NCBI GenBank assembly: GCA_050692175.1
Contig: JBOGTG010000045.1
Span: 66,675 to 130,674 of the forward strand
Source of the DNA: Candidatus Limnocylindria bacterium
GTDB lineage: Bacteria; Chloroflexota; Limnocylindria; P2-11E
DNA: 64,000 nucleotides
Direction: 5' to 3'
Positions 18,748-27,311 of this stretch are shown in pieces. Position 1 is the stretch's first letter. Every line of letters begins with the position of its first letter. Made by a program: the position numbers and the translations under genes. A model generated the notes under the pieces. It had not been told where the DNA came from and searched no databases. It worked only from the letters and a program-made list of their open reading frames with translations.

Positions 18748-19108
18748 GGAAGGTCGAGCGGATCACGCCTTCGCCGCGTCCTGGCCGTTCGCCCCACGCG
18801 CCATACGCCTCGTGCACCTTGCGGTCGGCATCACTCAGCAAGCGAACGCGGAGGCCGTACTTCTTGCGGAATGCTTGATGCGCGGCCGCGTCGTCTCGTG
18901 AGACCCCGAGCACAGGAACGCCCAGCATCTCGAACTGCGGGAAGTTGTCCGTGAACTGGCACGCCTCGGTCGTGCAGCCGGGTGTGTCGTCCTTCGGATA
19001 GAAGTACACGACGTACCGGGAGCCTTTGAGATTCTCGGTGGACACGAGCTTGCCCTCTTCGTCCGGCAGGGCGAACGCGGGCGCCTGGTCGCCGGGCCTG
19101 AACTCCAC
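18656..19108 (-). CDS. bcp: peroxiredoxin Bcp (thiol peroxidase, AhpC/TSA family)
   Basis: YFYPKDDTPGCTTEAC peroxidatic Cys motif; GTG start at V28 of reported ORF. Confidence 0.85.
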   Translation of the reverse strand: MEFRPGDQAPAFALPDEEGKLVSTENLKGSRYVVYFYPKDDTPGCTTEACQFTDNFPQFEMLGVPVLGVSRDDAAAHQAFRKKYGLRVRLLSDADRKVHEAYGAWGERPGRGEGVIRSTFLIGSDGRVEKSWYFVKPDGHALEVLSALRA

Positions 19109-19127
19109 CGTCTCGAAAGGGTAATGA

Positions 19128-20429
19128 CTACCGGACGTATGCGGCGCGGAAGTCCTCGAAGCGAGCGTAAAACGCGCCGGTCGTCTCACCGAAGGCGGCA
19201 GCGAAGGCCTGGTGCCACTCCTGGCCGGTGCCCACCCGCGTGCACCAGTCGCGGATCGCGAGGAGGCCTTTCGCCGCGAGAAGACGATCGACGGCGAGGT
19301 ACGCGACCGCGAAGGGGTTCGCGTCCGCCGGCCACGCCGTCTCCAGCGAGGCCAGGGTCGCCTTGTTCGTAGCGTTGTTCAGCTGACGTCTGGTGAACGT
19401 GTCGAGATTGGGTTGAGGAATGAGGCCATCGGCGACAAGCGAACGGTACGCGAAGGACTCGGCCATGCCCTCGGAGATCCAGCGCACGCCGCCGGCCATG
19501 CAGGCGCGGCCGCCGACCGCGTACTGCCACACGTGGACGTGCTCGTGCGCCGCGAGCTCTGTGCGCTCGGTATCGGCGGTCCACGTGTCAGGCGCCGCGG
19601 CCTGGGGCGCTGCCCACGCGGCGTTCGAAGTGACGATCTCGAAGGCGTCGCCAGACGCGGTGCAGCAGAAACGCTGCGTCCCGTCGCCGACGTAGACGTG
19701 CACGGTCGATGGGCGCTGACGCGCTCCGCCCGCAAACCGGTCGAGGTATGCGTGGGCGTGCTGCACGCCCTGGTGGACCTGAGCAATATCCCTGGCGTTC
19801 ACGCCGGGGTCTATCCGGAATGTGACTCCGACAGGGTCAGGCGGAGTGGGCGTCGGCATCGTGCCGTCGGGGTTGAGGACGAGCACCTGCCAGAAGACTC
19901 CGATGTCTTCCATCCACGTCGCGCCCTCGACGAGCGGCCTCACGTAGAGCCGGTAGGTGCCGGGAAGTGTCGGCGCCTGCAGGTTGAACTGGAACCATGC
20001 GACCTGGCTCGGACCGACGTACGGGGCCGGCTGCTGCGCGATGCGATTGAAGCGCGGCCATCCCGTCGCGGGTGAACCGAGCTGACCGTCGCCTCCGAGG
20101 ATGCTGGGTTGGTCTTGTCCCGGCTCGCTGCCCCACGTGCCGAGGTACGCCACCTCGCCCATCCGTCCGGCGACCCACCCGCGTGATCCCGAGTTGTAAT
20201 AGGCGAGTGTCGCCTGCGCAGTGCCACCCGGACAGAGGCGCATGTAGCCGCTCTGCCCGTACCAGGACGCGTGAAAGCCCGGCAGCTTGGTCGGTGTTGA
20301 ACTCGGCGGAGGGATGCCCGGACCGATGTCGGCTGTGCATGCCGCGGCGACGGCACTCGGCCGAGCAGGCACAAACGTTGCGGCGGCGACGAGCACAATC
20401 GCGGCAAGGATGCGCATCGTTGTTAGCAA
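19128..20429 (-). CDS. secreted protein: signal peptide, ~135-aa domain paralogous to GHL10 C-terminus, C-terminal HExxH (HEHVH) putative zinc metallopeptidase domain
   Basis: MRILAAIVLVAAATFVPARPSAVAAA signal; FHASWYGQSGY...GVFWQVLV domain; AAHEHVHVWQ motif. Confidence 0.55.
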   Translation of the reverse strand: MLTTMRILAAIVLVAAATFVPARPSAVAAACTADIGPGIPPPSSTPTKLPGFHASWYGQSGYMRLCPGGTAQATLAYYNSGSRGWVAGRMGEVAYLGTWGSEPGQDQPSILGGDGQLGSPATGWPRFNRIAQQPAPYVGPSQVAWFQFNLQAPTLPGTYRLYVRPLVEGATWMEDIGVFWQVLVLNPDGTMPTPTPPDPVGVTFRIDPGVNARDIAQVHQGVQHAHAYLDRFAGGARQRPSTVHVYVGDGTQRFCCTASGDAFEIVTSNAAWAAPQAAAPDTWTADTERTELAAHEHVHVWQYAVGGRACMAGGVRWISEGMAESFAYRSLVADGLIPQPNLDTFTRRQLNNATNKATLASLETAWPADANPFAVAYLAVDRLLAAKGLLAIRDWCTRVGTGQEWHQAFAAAFGETTGAFYARFEDFRAAYVR

Positions 20430-20455
20430 CCTAACCTGGAGGAGGCCGTTACGGC

Positions 20456-20914
20456 ATGAATGTGAAAGAGCTCGGGCACATCGTCCTGTACGTTAGCGAC
20501 CTCGGACTATCGCGTCGCTTCTACGGGCAGACACTCGGTTGGCGGGAGATCACGCCTGAGGACGGCATCGGCTTCCCCGCTGCGGCGTTCTCGTCCGGCC
20601 GAACCCATCACGAGCTGCTGCTGATCGAGGTGCCAGGTGCCCCACCGTTGCCCCGAGGTAGAAGGCTCGGGCTTTACCACTTCGGTTTGAAAATCGGAGA
20701 GACGGACCATGAGCTTCGCTCGGCTCGCGACGAGCTGGCCGCCGCTGGTGTGCGCATTGTCGGCGCCACCGATCATGGCGTGACGCACAGCCTCTACATC
20801 GAGGACCCCGACGGGAACGAGATCGAGCTCTACATCGACGTCCAGCCCGCGCGCTGGAAGGAAGATCCGGGCGTGATGTTCAGCGATCCCGTCGCGCGCC
20901 CGCTTCGGCTCTAG
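20456..20914 (+). CDS. VOC-family protein (glyoxalase/bleomycin-resistance/extradiol dioxygenase fold)
   Basis: LGHIVLYVSDLGLSRRFYGQTLGW ... ELYID; 152 aa. Confidence 0.75.
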   Translation: MNVKELGHIVLYVSDLGLSRRFYGQTLGWREITPEDGIGFPAAAFSSGRTHHELLLIEVPGAPPLPRGRRLGLYHFGLKIGETDHELRSARDELAAAGVRIVGATDHGVTHSLYIEDPDGNEIELYIDVQPARWKEDPGVMFSDPVARPLRL

Positions 20915-21129
20915 GCCTCGGCCTCTTCCTCATCGGGCCAGTCGAACTTCGCGAGCGCTGCGCGGGTGATGCCGCCGGTCTTGAACCACTTGTGGCCTTC
21001 GGGCTCGCCGCCCGGGCAGTAAGCCCACCCGCCTTCCTCCGCCACATTGAAGGGGCTGGACGGATCGACGGGCGGCTTGCGGCGGTGGGTCTTGCGCACG
21101 CAGATGAATTGGATGAGGGCGCGGTCCAT
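20911..21129 (-). CDS. small hypothetical protein (72 aa)
   Basis: PFNVAEEGGWAYCPGGEPEGHKWFKTGG; acidic C-terminus; no family recognised. Confidence 0.35.
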   Translation of the reverse strand: MDRALIQFICVRKTHRRKPPVDPSSPFNVAEEGGWAYCPGGEPEGHKWFKTGGITRAALAKFDWPDEEEAEA

Positions 21130-21181
21130 CGCCGATCGATTATGTGCGCGGCGCCGGCGGAATAATCATCCAGTTCTACTG

Positions 21182-21257
21182 AGCGGGAGACGGGTCTCGA
21201 ACCCGCGAAAACCTTCTGCTTGGGAAGCAGACGCTCTACCAACTGAGCTACTCCCGC
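21182..21257 (-). tRNA. tRNA-Gly (anticodon CCC)
   Basis: GCGGGAGTAGCTCAGTTGGTAGAGCGTCTGCTTCCCAAGCAGAAGGTTTTCGCGGGTTCGAGACCCGTCTCCCGCT: 7-bp acceptor stem, D-arm GCTC/GAGC, anticodon stem TCTGC/GCAGA with loop TTCCCAA, T-arm GCGGG-TTCGAGA-CCCGT; variable region 8 nt (unusual for Gly). Confidence 0.75.
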
Positions 21258-21270
21258 GCGTGGTCACATT

Positions 21271-21741
21271 CTATTCATCCTTTGCCAGCCAGCGGGCGTA
21301 GCCGAGGTCTCGAGCGGTTTTTCGCCGATGGTCGTTTGCGCATCTGACCTCGCACTTTGCGATCTCGGCTGCCAGCCCGACCAGATCTTGCCTCCGAACG
21401 AACCAGGCAACTTCCCGCGTTTTCGTTGCCGGGTCCTTGTGATCGAAATCGAGTACGACCGGGTTGGCCTCACCACAGTCGACGCAGGGATGGGCCATTA
21501 AGTAGTCGTATGCGAATAGCTGGCAGGCGTTTCGATACCGCATGCGCCTCTTGCGTGCCTTCTTCAGGTATGCAGACCGGTTTAGCCGATAGTGCTCGCG
21601 GCCGTAGATTAGACAGCAGTCACGGCAATAGCTCCGCCGCGTGCCGCGCCGGCGATCCTTGTGGGGAAAGTCCTCGACAGGCTTCCACAGGTCGCATCGT
21701 GAGCAGTGGCGCAGCTGGTCGCCGCTCGCTGCGGGTTCCAT
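21271..21741 (-). CDS. phage-type HNH endonuclease-like protein with N-terminal CxxC zinc finger
   Basis: HCSRCDLWKPVEDF...YCRDCC finger; HPCVDCGE...LDFDHKDPATK...EIAKCEVRCANDH HNH-like core; start placed at Met51 abutting paralog stop. Confidence 0.5.
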   Translation of the reverse strand: MEPAASGDQLRHCSRCDLWKPVEDFPHKDRRRGTRRSYCRDCCLIYGREHYRLNRSAYLKKARKRRMRYRNACQLFAYDYLMAHPCVDCGEANPVVLDFDHKDPATKTREVAWFVRRQDLVGLAAEIAKCEVRCANDHRRKTARDLGYARWLAKDE

Positions 21742-22229
21742 CACGACGCCAATTCGGTGGCCGTTCGTTCGCGTTCTTCGTCCGTCCATCCGCGAGACTT
21801 TCGCCATCCAAACTGCTCTGCTGTTCTCTTCCGGTGGCAGTTCGCACATCGGACATCGCATTTCGCGATCTCGAGCAGTACTCGGTTCCACGGCTTATGG
21901 GTAGATAGAACGATCACGTTATGGCTCTTCGCCGAGGGGTCGCGATGATCGAAGTCGAGTACGACGATGTCGGTCTCGCCGCAATCGACGCATGGATGAG
22001 CCCGAAGGTACTCGCGAATCAGCGGCCGGTTCTCTTCGCGGTAGCGGCGGATCCGCGCGACTTCCTGCCGGATGTAGGTGTCGCGGTTCCGAACGTAGTG
22101 CTCACGCCGGTACTTCGCGTGACAAGCGCGACAGCGCCCCTGCCGGCTGCCTCGGGCTTTGTTGGCGAACGCGAACTCGTCAATAGGCTTGAATCGACGG
22201 CAGTCGTAGCACCACTTGGTCGCGGGCAT
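21741..22229 (-). CDS. phage-type HNH endonuclease-like protein, tandem paralog
   Basis: WCYDCRRFKPIDEF...RCRACH; HPCVDCGE..LDFDHRDPSAK..EIAKCDVRCANCH; ~45% identity to neighbour. Confidence 0.5.
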   Translation of the reverse strand: MPATKWCYDCRRFKPIDEFAFANKARGSRQGRCRACHAKYRREHYVRNRDTYIRQEVARIRRYREENRPLIREYLRAHPCVDCGETDIVVLDFDHRDPSAKSHNVIVLSTHKPWNRVLLEIAKCDVRCANCHRKRTAEQFGWRKSRGWTDEERERTATELAS

Positions 22230-22370
22230 CGAAGGCAGCGCACGGGCAACCGCCACGGAGAACCTCTGAGGTCGGGGTCGGCCCTCCGCTCCGCCTGACG
22301 AGCCTCTAGAACGCATGTTCTATCACATCATGACCAAACAATCAAGCCCTGCGCGCGAATAATCGGCGCG

Positions 22371-22715
22371 ATGCCGTAGAAGAAATCGCCGCCCGAGCTG
22401 ATCGCCGCGTTCGAAAAGGCGAAGCCCGCCGATCCGACCGTCGCGTCGCGGCCGATGTTCGGATATCCCGCGCTCTTCCTGAAGGGGAACCTGTTCGCGG
22501 GAACATACCAGGACAAGATCGTCGTCCGCTTCGGCGACGATCGCACGATCGCTGGAGCGAAGACGGCGAAGACATTCGAGCCGATGCCCGGGCGCGCGAT
22601 GAAGGAATACCTCGTCGTCCCCGGTGCCGTGATGAAGAGCCCGAGGAAGCTGCGCGCGTGGATCGATCACGCGCACGAGTATGCGAAGACGCTACCCGTG
22701 AAGAAAGCGCGCTAG
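22371..22715 (+). pseudogene. TfoX N-terminal-domain family gene with in-frame TAG at codon 3 (ATG CCG TAG ...); possible pseudogene or internal restart at ATG 22455
   Basis: Downstream frame reads KKSPPELIAAFEKAKPADPTVASRPMFGYPALFLKGNLFAG...VVRFGDD...LVVPGAV..LPVKKAR matching full-length TfoX-N proteins; only 86 aa from first in-frame ATG. Confidence 0.4.
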
Positions 22716-24620
22716 CTACCGGACCGGCAGTCTCCGCGCCGAAAGCGAGATCGACTCGTCAGGCTCGGGCTCCGGCTTTTCGGTCGCCCCGAGAATGATT
22801 CCGAGTGCGAGCGACAGGATCGCGCCGGTGATCGCCGAGAGGAGCAACACGCCATCCGTCGGGCGGTCGGGAGCGTTGTCCAGCATTGAGAGAGTTATCG
22901 CCATCAAGTAGAGGAACGCCGCCCCGGTCACAACACCTGCACCTGCCGCCATCACGTAGAGCGCAAACCAGCGCTTTGGCCGCCGCAGGAGCGTGTCGAA
23001 GAACGTCCGGAGAAGACGCGTGACCGTCCACACCGTCAGCGCCGCTATCGTCCAAGCGAGGACGGTCGCGATCCACGTTTCGAGCGTGGCCGTGGCGAGC
23101 CGCGATACGAGACCCGCCATCTGCGACCAGAGCACCGCCGGATCGAGCTGCGTGCCGAGCGCGCCGAAGCGATCACCCGAGCTCTGGAGCATGGTGAGGA
23201 GCGCCGACTTCACTTCGGCGGCCCGCACCGGGTTGAAGAGCGATTCCTGTCGCAGCGAAAGGCCGGTCTGCGCGTACGCGCCGAGCGACTGGACGCCCAT
23301 CGCGACCGCGACGACCATCGTCAACGCGGCGCTCGCCGCGACCGTCAGAACTCCGGTGAGGCCGAAGACCGCCGCCGTCGTCAGGATCATCGCGGGGGCG
23401 AGTCCGAGCGGAGTGAGCACTGGAGTCGCCATCGCGACCGCGATCTGCTCGGGCGGGGCGCTCCGCGCCCATAGGAAGATGCCGAGGATCCCCAGGAGCA
23501 ATGCGAGGCCCGGCACGAAGATGAACACGAAGGCCGTCACCATGACCCACGCGATCGCGATCGCGACACCGAGCTGTCCGGCGAACGCCACGATCGCGAC
23601 GAGCCCCGTGGCGAGAAGCGCGCCGACGATCTCGAAACCGGCGAGGATCGCCATCGCGAAGACCGGAAGGGCGCTGCACAGCGAGAAGAAGGCTCCGCGG
23701 AGCGGCTGGCCATAGTTCGACAGAAGCGCGACGACCGGGCTCTGCTCGGTCTTCGGGACGAAGTCCTCGAGCGGGTCGGCCATGACCATCCGCGTCGTCG
23801 CGAGGTCCTTGTCGAGGTTCTCGATTCTCTGGAGGGCCGTCGCGAAGTCGCTGGCCTTCTGGTAGCGGAGATTCGGCTGCTTCGCGAGCGCCTTCAGAGC
23901 GACCGAGTCGAGCTCGCGGGGAAGCGACGCCCGGAGGTGGCTGGGTGGCACGGGCTGCCTGACCACGTGGTCGCGGAGCAGCACGGCCGCGTTGGTGCTG
24001 GTGAATGGCGGTTTGCCGACGAGCCCCTCGTAAAGGACCAGACCGAGGCCGTACACATCGGACTGGACCGTCGCGCTCTTTCCCTCGACGCGCTCGGGGG
24101 CGACGTACATGGCGGTCGCGTAGAGCTGCGGCGTGTCCGCGTCCTCCTGGGGATTGCGCGCGATTCCGAAGTCGCAGATCTTTGCCGCTTCGTTGGCATC
24201 GAAGAGGATGTTCGACGGCTTGAGGTCGGCGTGAACGATGCCCTTCGAGTGCGCGAAGGCGAGGCCGTTGGCGACCTCGATCGCGATACGCACCGCGTCG
24301 GCGGTCTTGAGCGGACCGATCTGCTCGATCCGTTGCTTCATCGAGCCGCCGGGCAAGTACTCCATGACGATGAAGGGGGAGTCGTCGACCTCGCCGACGT
24401 CGTAGACCGCGACGATGTTCGGATGCGAGAGCTGCGCGAGTGCGCGCGCTTCCTTGACGAACATTCTGCGGAGGTTTCCGTCGGCCGCGGCTGCGGGGTC
24501 GAGGACCTTCAAGGCGACATCGCGATTCAGAGCCTGGTCGCGGGCGAGGTAGACCTGAGAAGAGCCGCCCACACCGAGCGGCTCCTCGATCTTGTACCGA
24601 CCCTGTAGAACCCGCTCCAT
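22716..24620 (-). CDS. Hanks-type Ser/Thr protein kinase with C-terminal polytopic membrane domain
   Basis: GxGxxS loop LGVGGSSQVY, VALK, HADLKPSN catalytic loop, DFG, APE; ~8 predicted TM helices in C-terminal 300 aa; start likely Met69 of reported ORF. Confidence 0.85.
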   Translation of the reverse strand: MERVLQGRYKIEEPLGVGGSSQVYLARDQALNRDVALKVLDPAAAADGNLRRMFVKEARALAQLSHPNIVAVYDVGEVDDSPFIVMEYLPGGSMKQRIEQIGPLKTADAVRIAIEVANGLAFAHSKGIVHADLKPSNILFDANEAAKICDFGIARNPQEDADTPQLYATAMYVAPERVEGKSATVQSDVYGLGLVLYEGLVGKPPFTSTNAAVLLRDHVVRQPVPPSHLRASLPRELDSVALKALAKQPNLRYQKASDFATALQRIENLDKDLATTRMVMADPLEDFVPKTEQSPVVALLSNYGQPLRGAFFSLCSALPVFAMAILAGFEIVGALLATGLVAIVAFAGQLGVAIAIAWVMVTAFVFIFVPGLALLLGILGIFLWARSAPPEQIAVAMATPVLTPLGLAPAMILTTAAVFGLTGVLTVAASAALTMVVAVAMGVQSLGAYAQTGLSLRQESLFNPVRAAEVKSALLTMLQSSGDRFGALGTQLDPAVLWSQMAGLVSRLATATLETWIATVLAWTIAALTVWTVTRLLRTFFDTLLRRPKRWFALYVMAAGAGVVTGAAFLYLMAITLSMLDNAPDRPTDGVLLLSAITGAILSLALGIILGATEKPEPEPDESISLSARRLPVR

Positions 24621-24843
24621 TCCCAACTCCGTTGATCGCGCTGGCGCGCCGACTATAACGCCGACACTTCGCGTTGCGACATGTGTGAGCGGGTTCGACA
24701 TGATTCCGCCTCCGCCCCCCGACTCCCCAGCCGTTACGTCCAACGGGAACCGCCAAGACCCGTTCCGACCCGCGACCGAACGGATACCGAAATTGAAGAC
24801 GCCGGGCATCGCGCCCGGCGTCATCTTGGTGCGAGCTCTTGCG

Positions 24844-25767
24844 CTACGGCGTCTTCGTCGTCGTCCTATTGGTGGTCGTGCTCTTCGCCGGGTACTTGCG
24901 ATCGACGAAGTTCGCGATCTCGGCCGTCACCTTGGTCTTGAGCGTTGCCGCTTGATCCGCTGTAAGCCTGTTCTCCGCGACCGCCTTGTCGATGCGGCTG
25001 TTCGCGGCCAGCGTCAGTGCGGCGACTAGTCCGTCACGTCCCTTGCCTCTCTCGTTCGCGATCTCGCCGAGGCTCTTACCGCTCCGCATGGCGGCGGTCA
25101 CATCCTGCAGAGTTGCGCCTCCGAGGTACTCGCGCGCCGTCTGGAGCATGTCACCGAGGAACGCCTTCACATTCGGCACGGCGGCCCGCGGCGCGGCGGC
25201 GGACTTCGCCGGCCAGGTGCGGTCCACGAACGCGTTGATGTTCGCCGCGAGTCCGTCCCGAAGCTTCTTGGCCTGTTCGTCGGTGATCTTCTTGTCGGTG
25301 AGGGCCTTCGTAATGTCCTCGTTGGCGGCAACGGAGAGTGCCGTCACCAGCCCAGCCTTGCTCTTGTTTGGGGTGTTATCGGCGATCTTGCCGAGGCTCG
25401 TGCCGGGGAGCTTCGCAAGGAGGTCCCTCTGCGCGAGGCCGAGATACTTCGCGGACTCGCCGAGGAAGTCGCGGACGGCCTTCGCCGGGCGCGCCGGCTT
25501 TGCCGTCGCCTCGTTGGCCGCGGCGAGGATCGCCTCTTTCTGCTGCGCGGTGATGACGCCCTTCTGCACGAGGCCGTCGAGAATCTCCTTGAGCTTGTCT
25601 CCGGTCCTGTCCGCACCCATCACGGCCGACGCCGCCGGGGCGACCGCGGACAGCAGACTGGATGAGGCGTCCGGACCGAACGCGCCCAGGGCCGCCGCGC
25701 CGAATAGACCCACGCTCCCGACGCCCAGAGCGGCCGCCAACATCAGTTTCTGCCGAATGCTCTTCAT
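24844..25767 (-). CDS. secreted hypothetical protein with two ~110-aa internal repeats
   Basis: Signal peptide MKSIRQKLMLAAALGVGSVGLFGAAALGA; repeat units ...LGKIADNTPNKSKAGLVTALSVAANEDITKAL... and ...LGEIANERGKGRDGLVAALTLAANSRIDKAV..., each ending FVDR.(W/Y)PAKS. Confidence 0.55.
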   Translation of the reverse strand: MKSIRQKLMLAAALGVGSVGLFGAAALGAFGPDASSSLLSAVAPAASAVMGADRTGDKLKEILDGLVQKGVITAQQKEAILAAANEATAKPARPAKAVRDFLGESAKYLGLAQRDLLAKLPGTSLGKIADNTPNKSKAGLVTALSVAANEDITKALTDKKITDEQAKKLRDGLAANINAFVDRTWPAKSAAAPRAAVPNVKAFLGDMLQTAREYLGGATLQDVTAAMRSGKSLGEIANERGKGRDGLVAALTLAANSRIDKAVAENRLTADQAATLKTKVTAEIANFVDRKYPAKSTTTNRTTTKTP

Positions 25768-25895
25768 CCTTCGTCCGCCTTCCTGGTAACGCTCACCCTG
25801 GCTACCACCTGTCTAACGCATGCGGCGCCCAAAGCGTGGCAGCCGGGTGGCGTCAGCGTCGGGTCCTTACACGCCGCTAACATTCGCTCTGCTCC

Positions 25896-27311
25896 GTGCG
25901 GATTTCGTTCGCGGCCGCCGAGGTCGCCCCCTACGCCAAGGTCGGCGGCCTCGCCGATGTCGCGGGCTCGCTGCCGCAGGCCCTCGCCTCGCTGGGGCAC
26001 GACGTCAGCGTCTACATGCCGTATCACCGGTCGATCGACGCACAGAAGTTCGGGATCCCGACATCCGGCGCCCGCACGCACTCGATCCCGTACGGTGCCG
26101 CGCGCGCCCGCATCGAATATCCGGAGATCACCCGCGACGGAGTCCGAACGGTGTTCGTCCGCAGCGTGCGCATCGGGCGCGACAAGGTCTACGGCCACGA
26201 TGACGACGCGAAGCGGTACGCGCTCTTCTGCCGCGCCGTGCTCGAGGACCTCATCGAGTCGCCGCCCGACGTGGTCCACGCGCACGACTGGCACGCCGGC
26301 CTCCTAGTCCCGCTCGCGGCGCGCGCGCGCCCGCTTCGGACAGCGGCCACGGTCTTCACGATTCACAACCTCGCATACCAGGGACGGACGAGCGCCGACG
26401 TGCTCAAGCTGGTAGGTCTGCCACGTGCTCGTCTGCCGATCGAGGACCGGGGCGAGGCCAATCCGATGGCACGCGCGATCGCGACCGCCGACATCGTCTC
26501 GACGGTGAGCGAACGGTACGCGGAGGAAATCCTCACCCCGGAATTCGGGGAGCGCCTCGAAGGGCTCCTTCGAGAGCGTCGAGCCGATCTCTGGGGCATC
26601 ACCAACGGCATCGACACGAAGGCCTTCGATCCGGCGCACGACGTGAATATCCCTGCGCGCTACGACGCGGACGACCAGAGCGGCAAAGCTGTCGACAAGG
26701 CCGCCCTCCAGGAGGAGACGGGCATGGGCGTGGACGCGGCCGCTCCGTTGTTCGGAGTGATCGGCCGCCTCGTCGAGCAGAAAGGCGTGGACCTCCTCAC
26801 CGCGGTCGCGCCGTGGCTCCTCGAAAAAGGCGGACAGCTGGTCGTCCTCGGCAGCGGGGATCCGGCATACGAGAAGAAATGGCGCGAGCTCGCCGCGAAG
26901 AACAAGGGCCGCCTCGCCCTCACGCTTGGATTCGACGCGGCGCTGGCACAGCGGATCTATGCCGGGTCCGACCTCTTCCTGATGCCGTCGCGCTTCGAGC
27001 CCTGCGGTCTCGGCCAGCTCATCTCACTCCGCTACGGAACGGTCCCCGTGGTCCGCGCGGTCGGGGGTCTCGCAACGACGGTGCACGACGTCGACGCCGA
27101 TCCGCGCGGGAATGGGTTCTCGTTCACGAAGTACGAGGCCGCGGCGTTCTCCGACGCGATCGGGCGCGCGCTGCACCGGTACAAGGCCGGCGGCGAGCCG
27201 TGGCGTCAGCTGCGGACCCGCGCTATGCGCGAGGATCACTCGTGGACGGCATCGGCGAAGAAGTACATCGAGATGTACGCAGCAGCCGCGAAGGCCAGGC
27301 GCGCCGCATGA
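25896..27311 (+). CDS. glgA: glycogen (starch) synthase, GT5 family
   Basis: MRISFAAAEVAPYAKVGGLADVAGSLP KxGGL motif; GT-B C-terminal half; 471 aa. Confidence 0.9.
   Translation: MRISFAAAEVAPYAKVGGLADVAGSLPQALASLGHDVSVYMPYHRSIDAQKFGIPTSGARTHSIPYGAARARIEYPEITRDGVRTVFVRSVRIGRDKVYGHDDDAKRYALFCRAVLEDLIESPPDVVHAHDWHAGLLVPLAARARPLRTAATVFTIHNLAYQGRTSADVLKLVGLPRARLPIEDRGEANPMARAIATADIVSTVSERYAEEILTPEFGERLEGLLRERRADLWGITNGIDTKAFDPAHDVNIPARYDADDQSGKAVDKAALQEETGMGVDAAAPLFGVIGRLVEQKGVDLLTAVAPWLLEKGGQLVVLGSGDPAYEKKWRELAAKNKGRLALTLGFDAALAQRIYAGSDLFLMPSRFEPCGLGQLISLRYGTVPVVRAVGGLATTVHDVDADPRGNGFSFTKYEAAAFSDAIGRALHRYKAGGEPWRQLRTRAMREDHSWTASAKKYIEMYAAAAKARRAA

Noticed and set aside
21130-22320. tRNA-associated integrative element (genomic island) hypothesis
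   Set aside because: HNH genes lie on the 5' side of the tRNA rather than downstream of its 3' end. No integrase, excisionase or visible direct repeat of the tRNA 3' end was found nearby.
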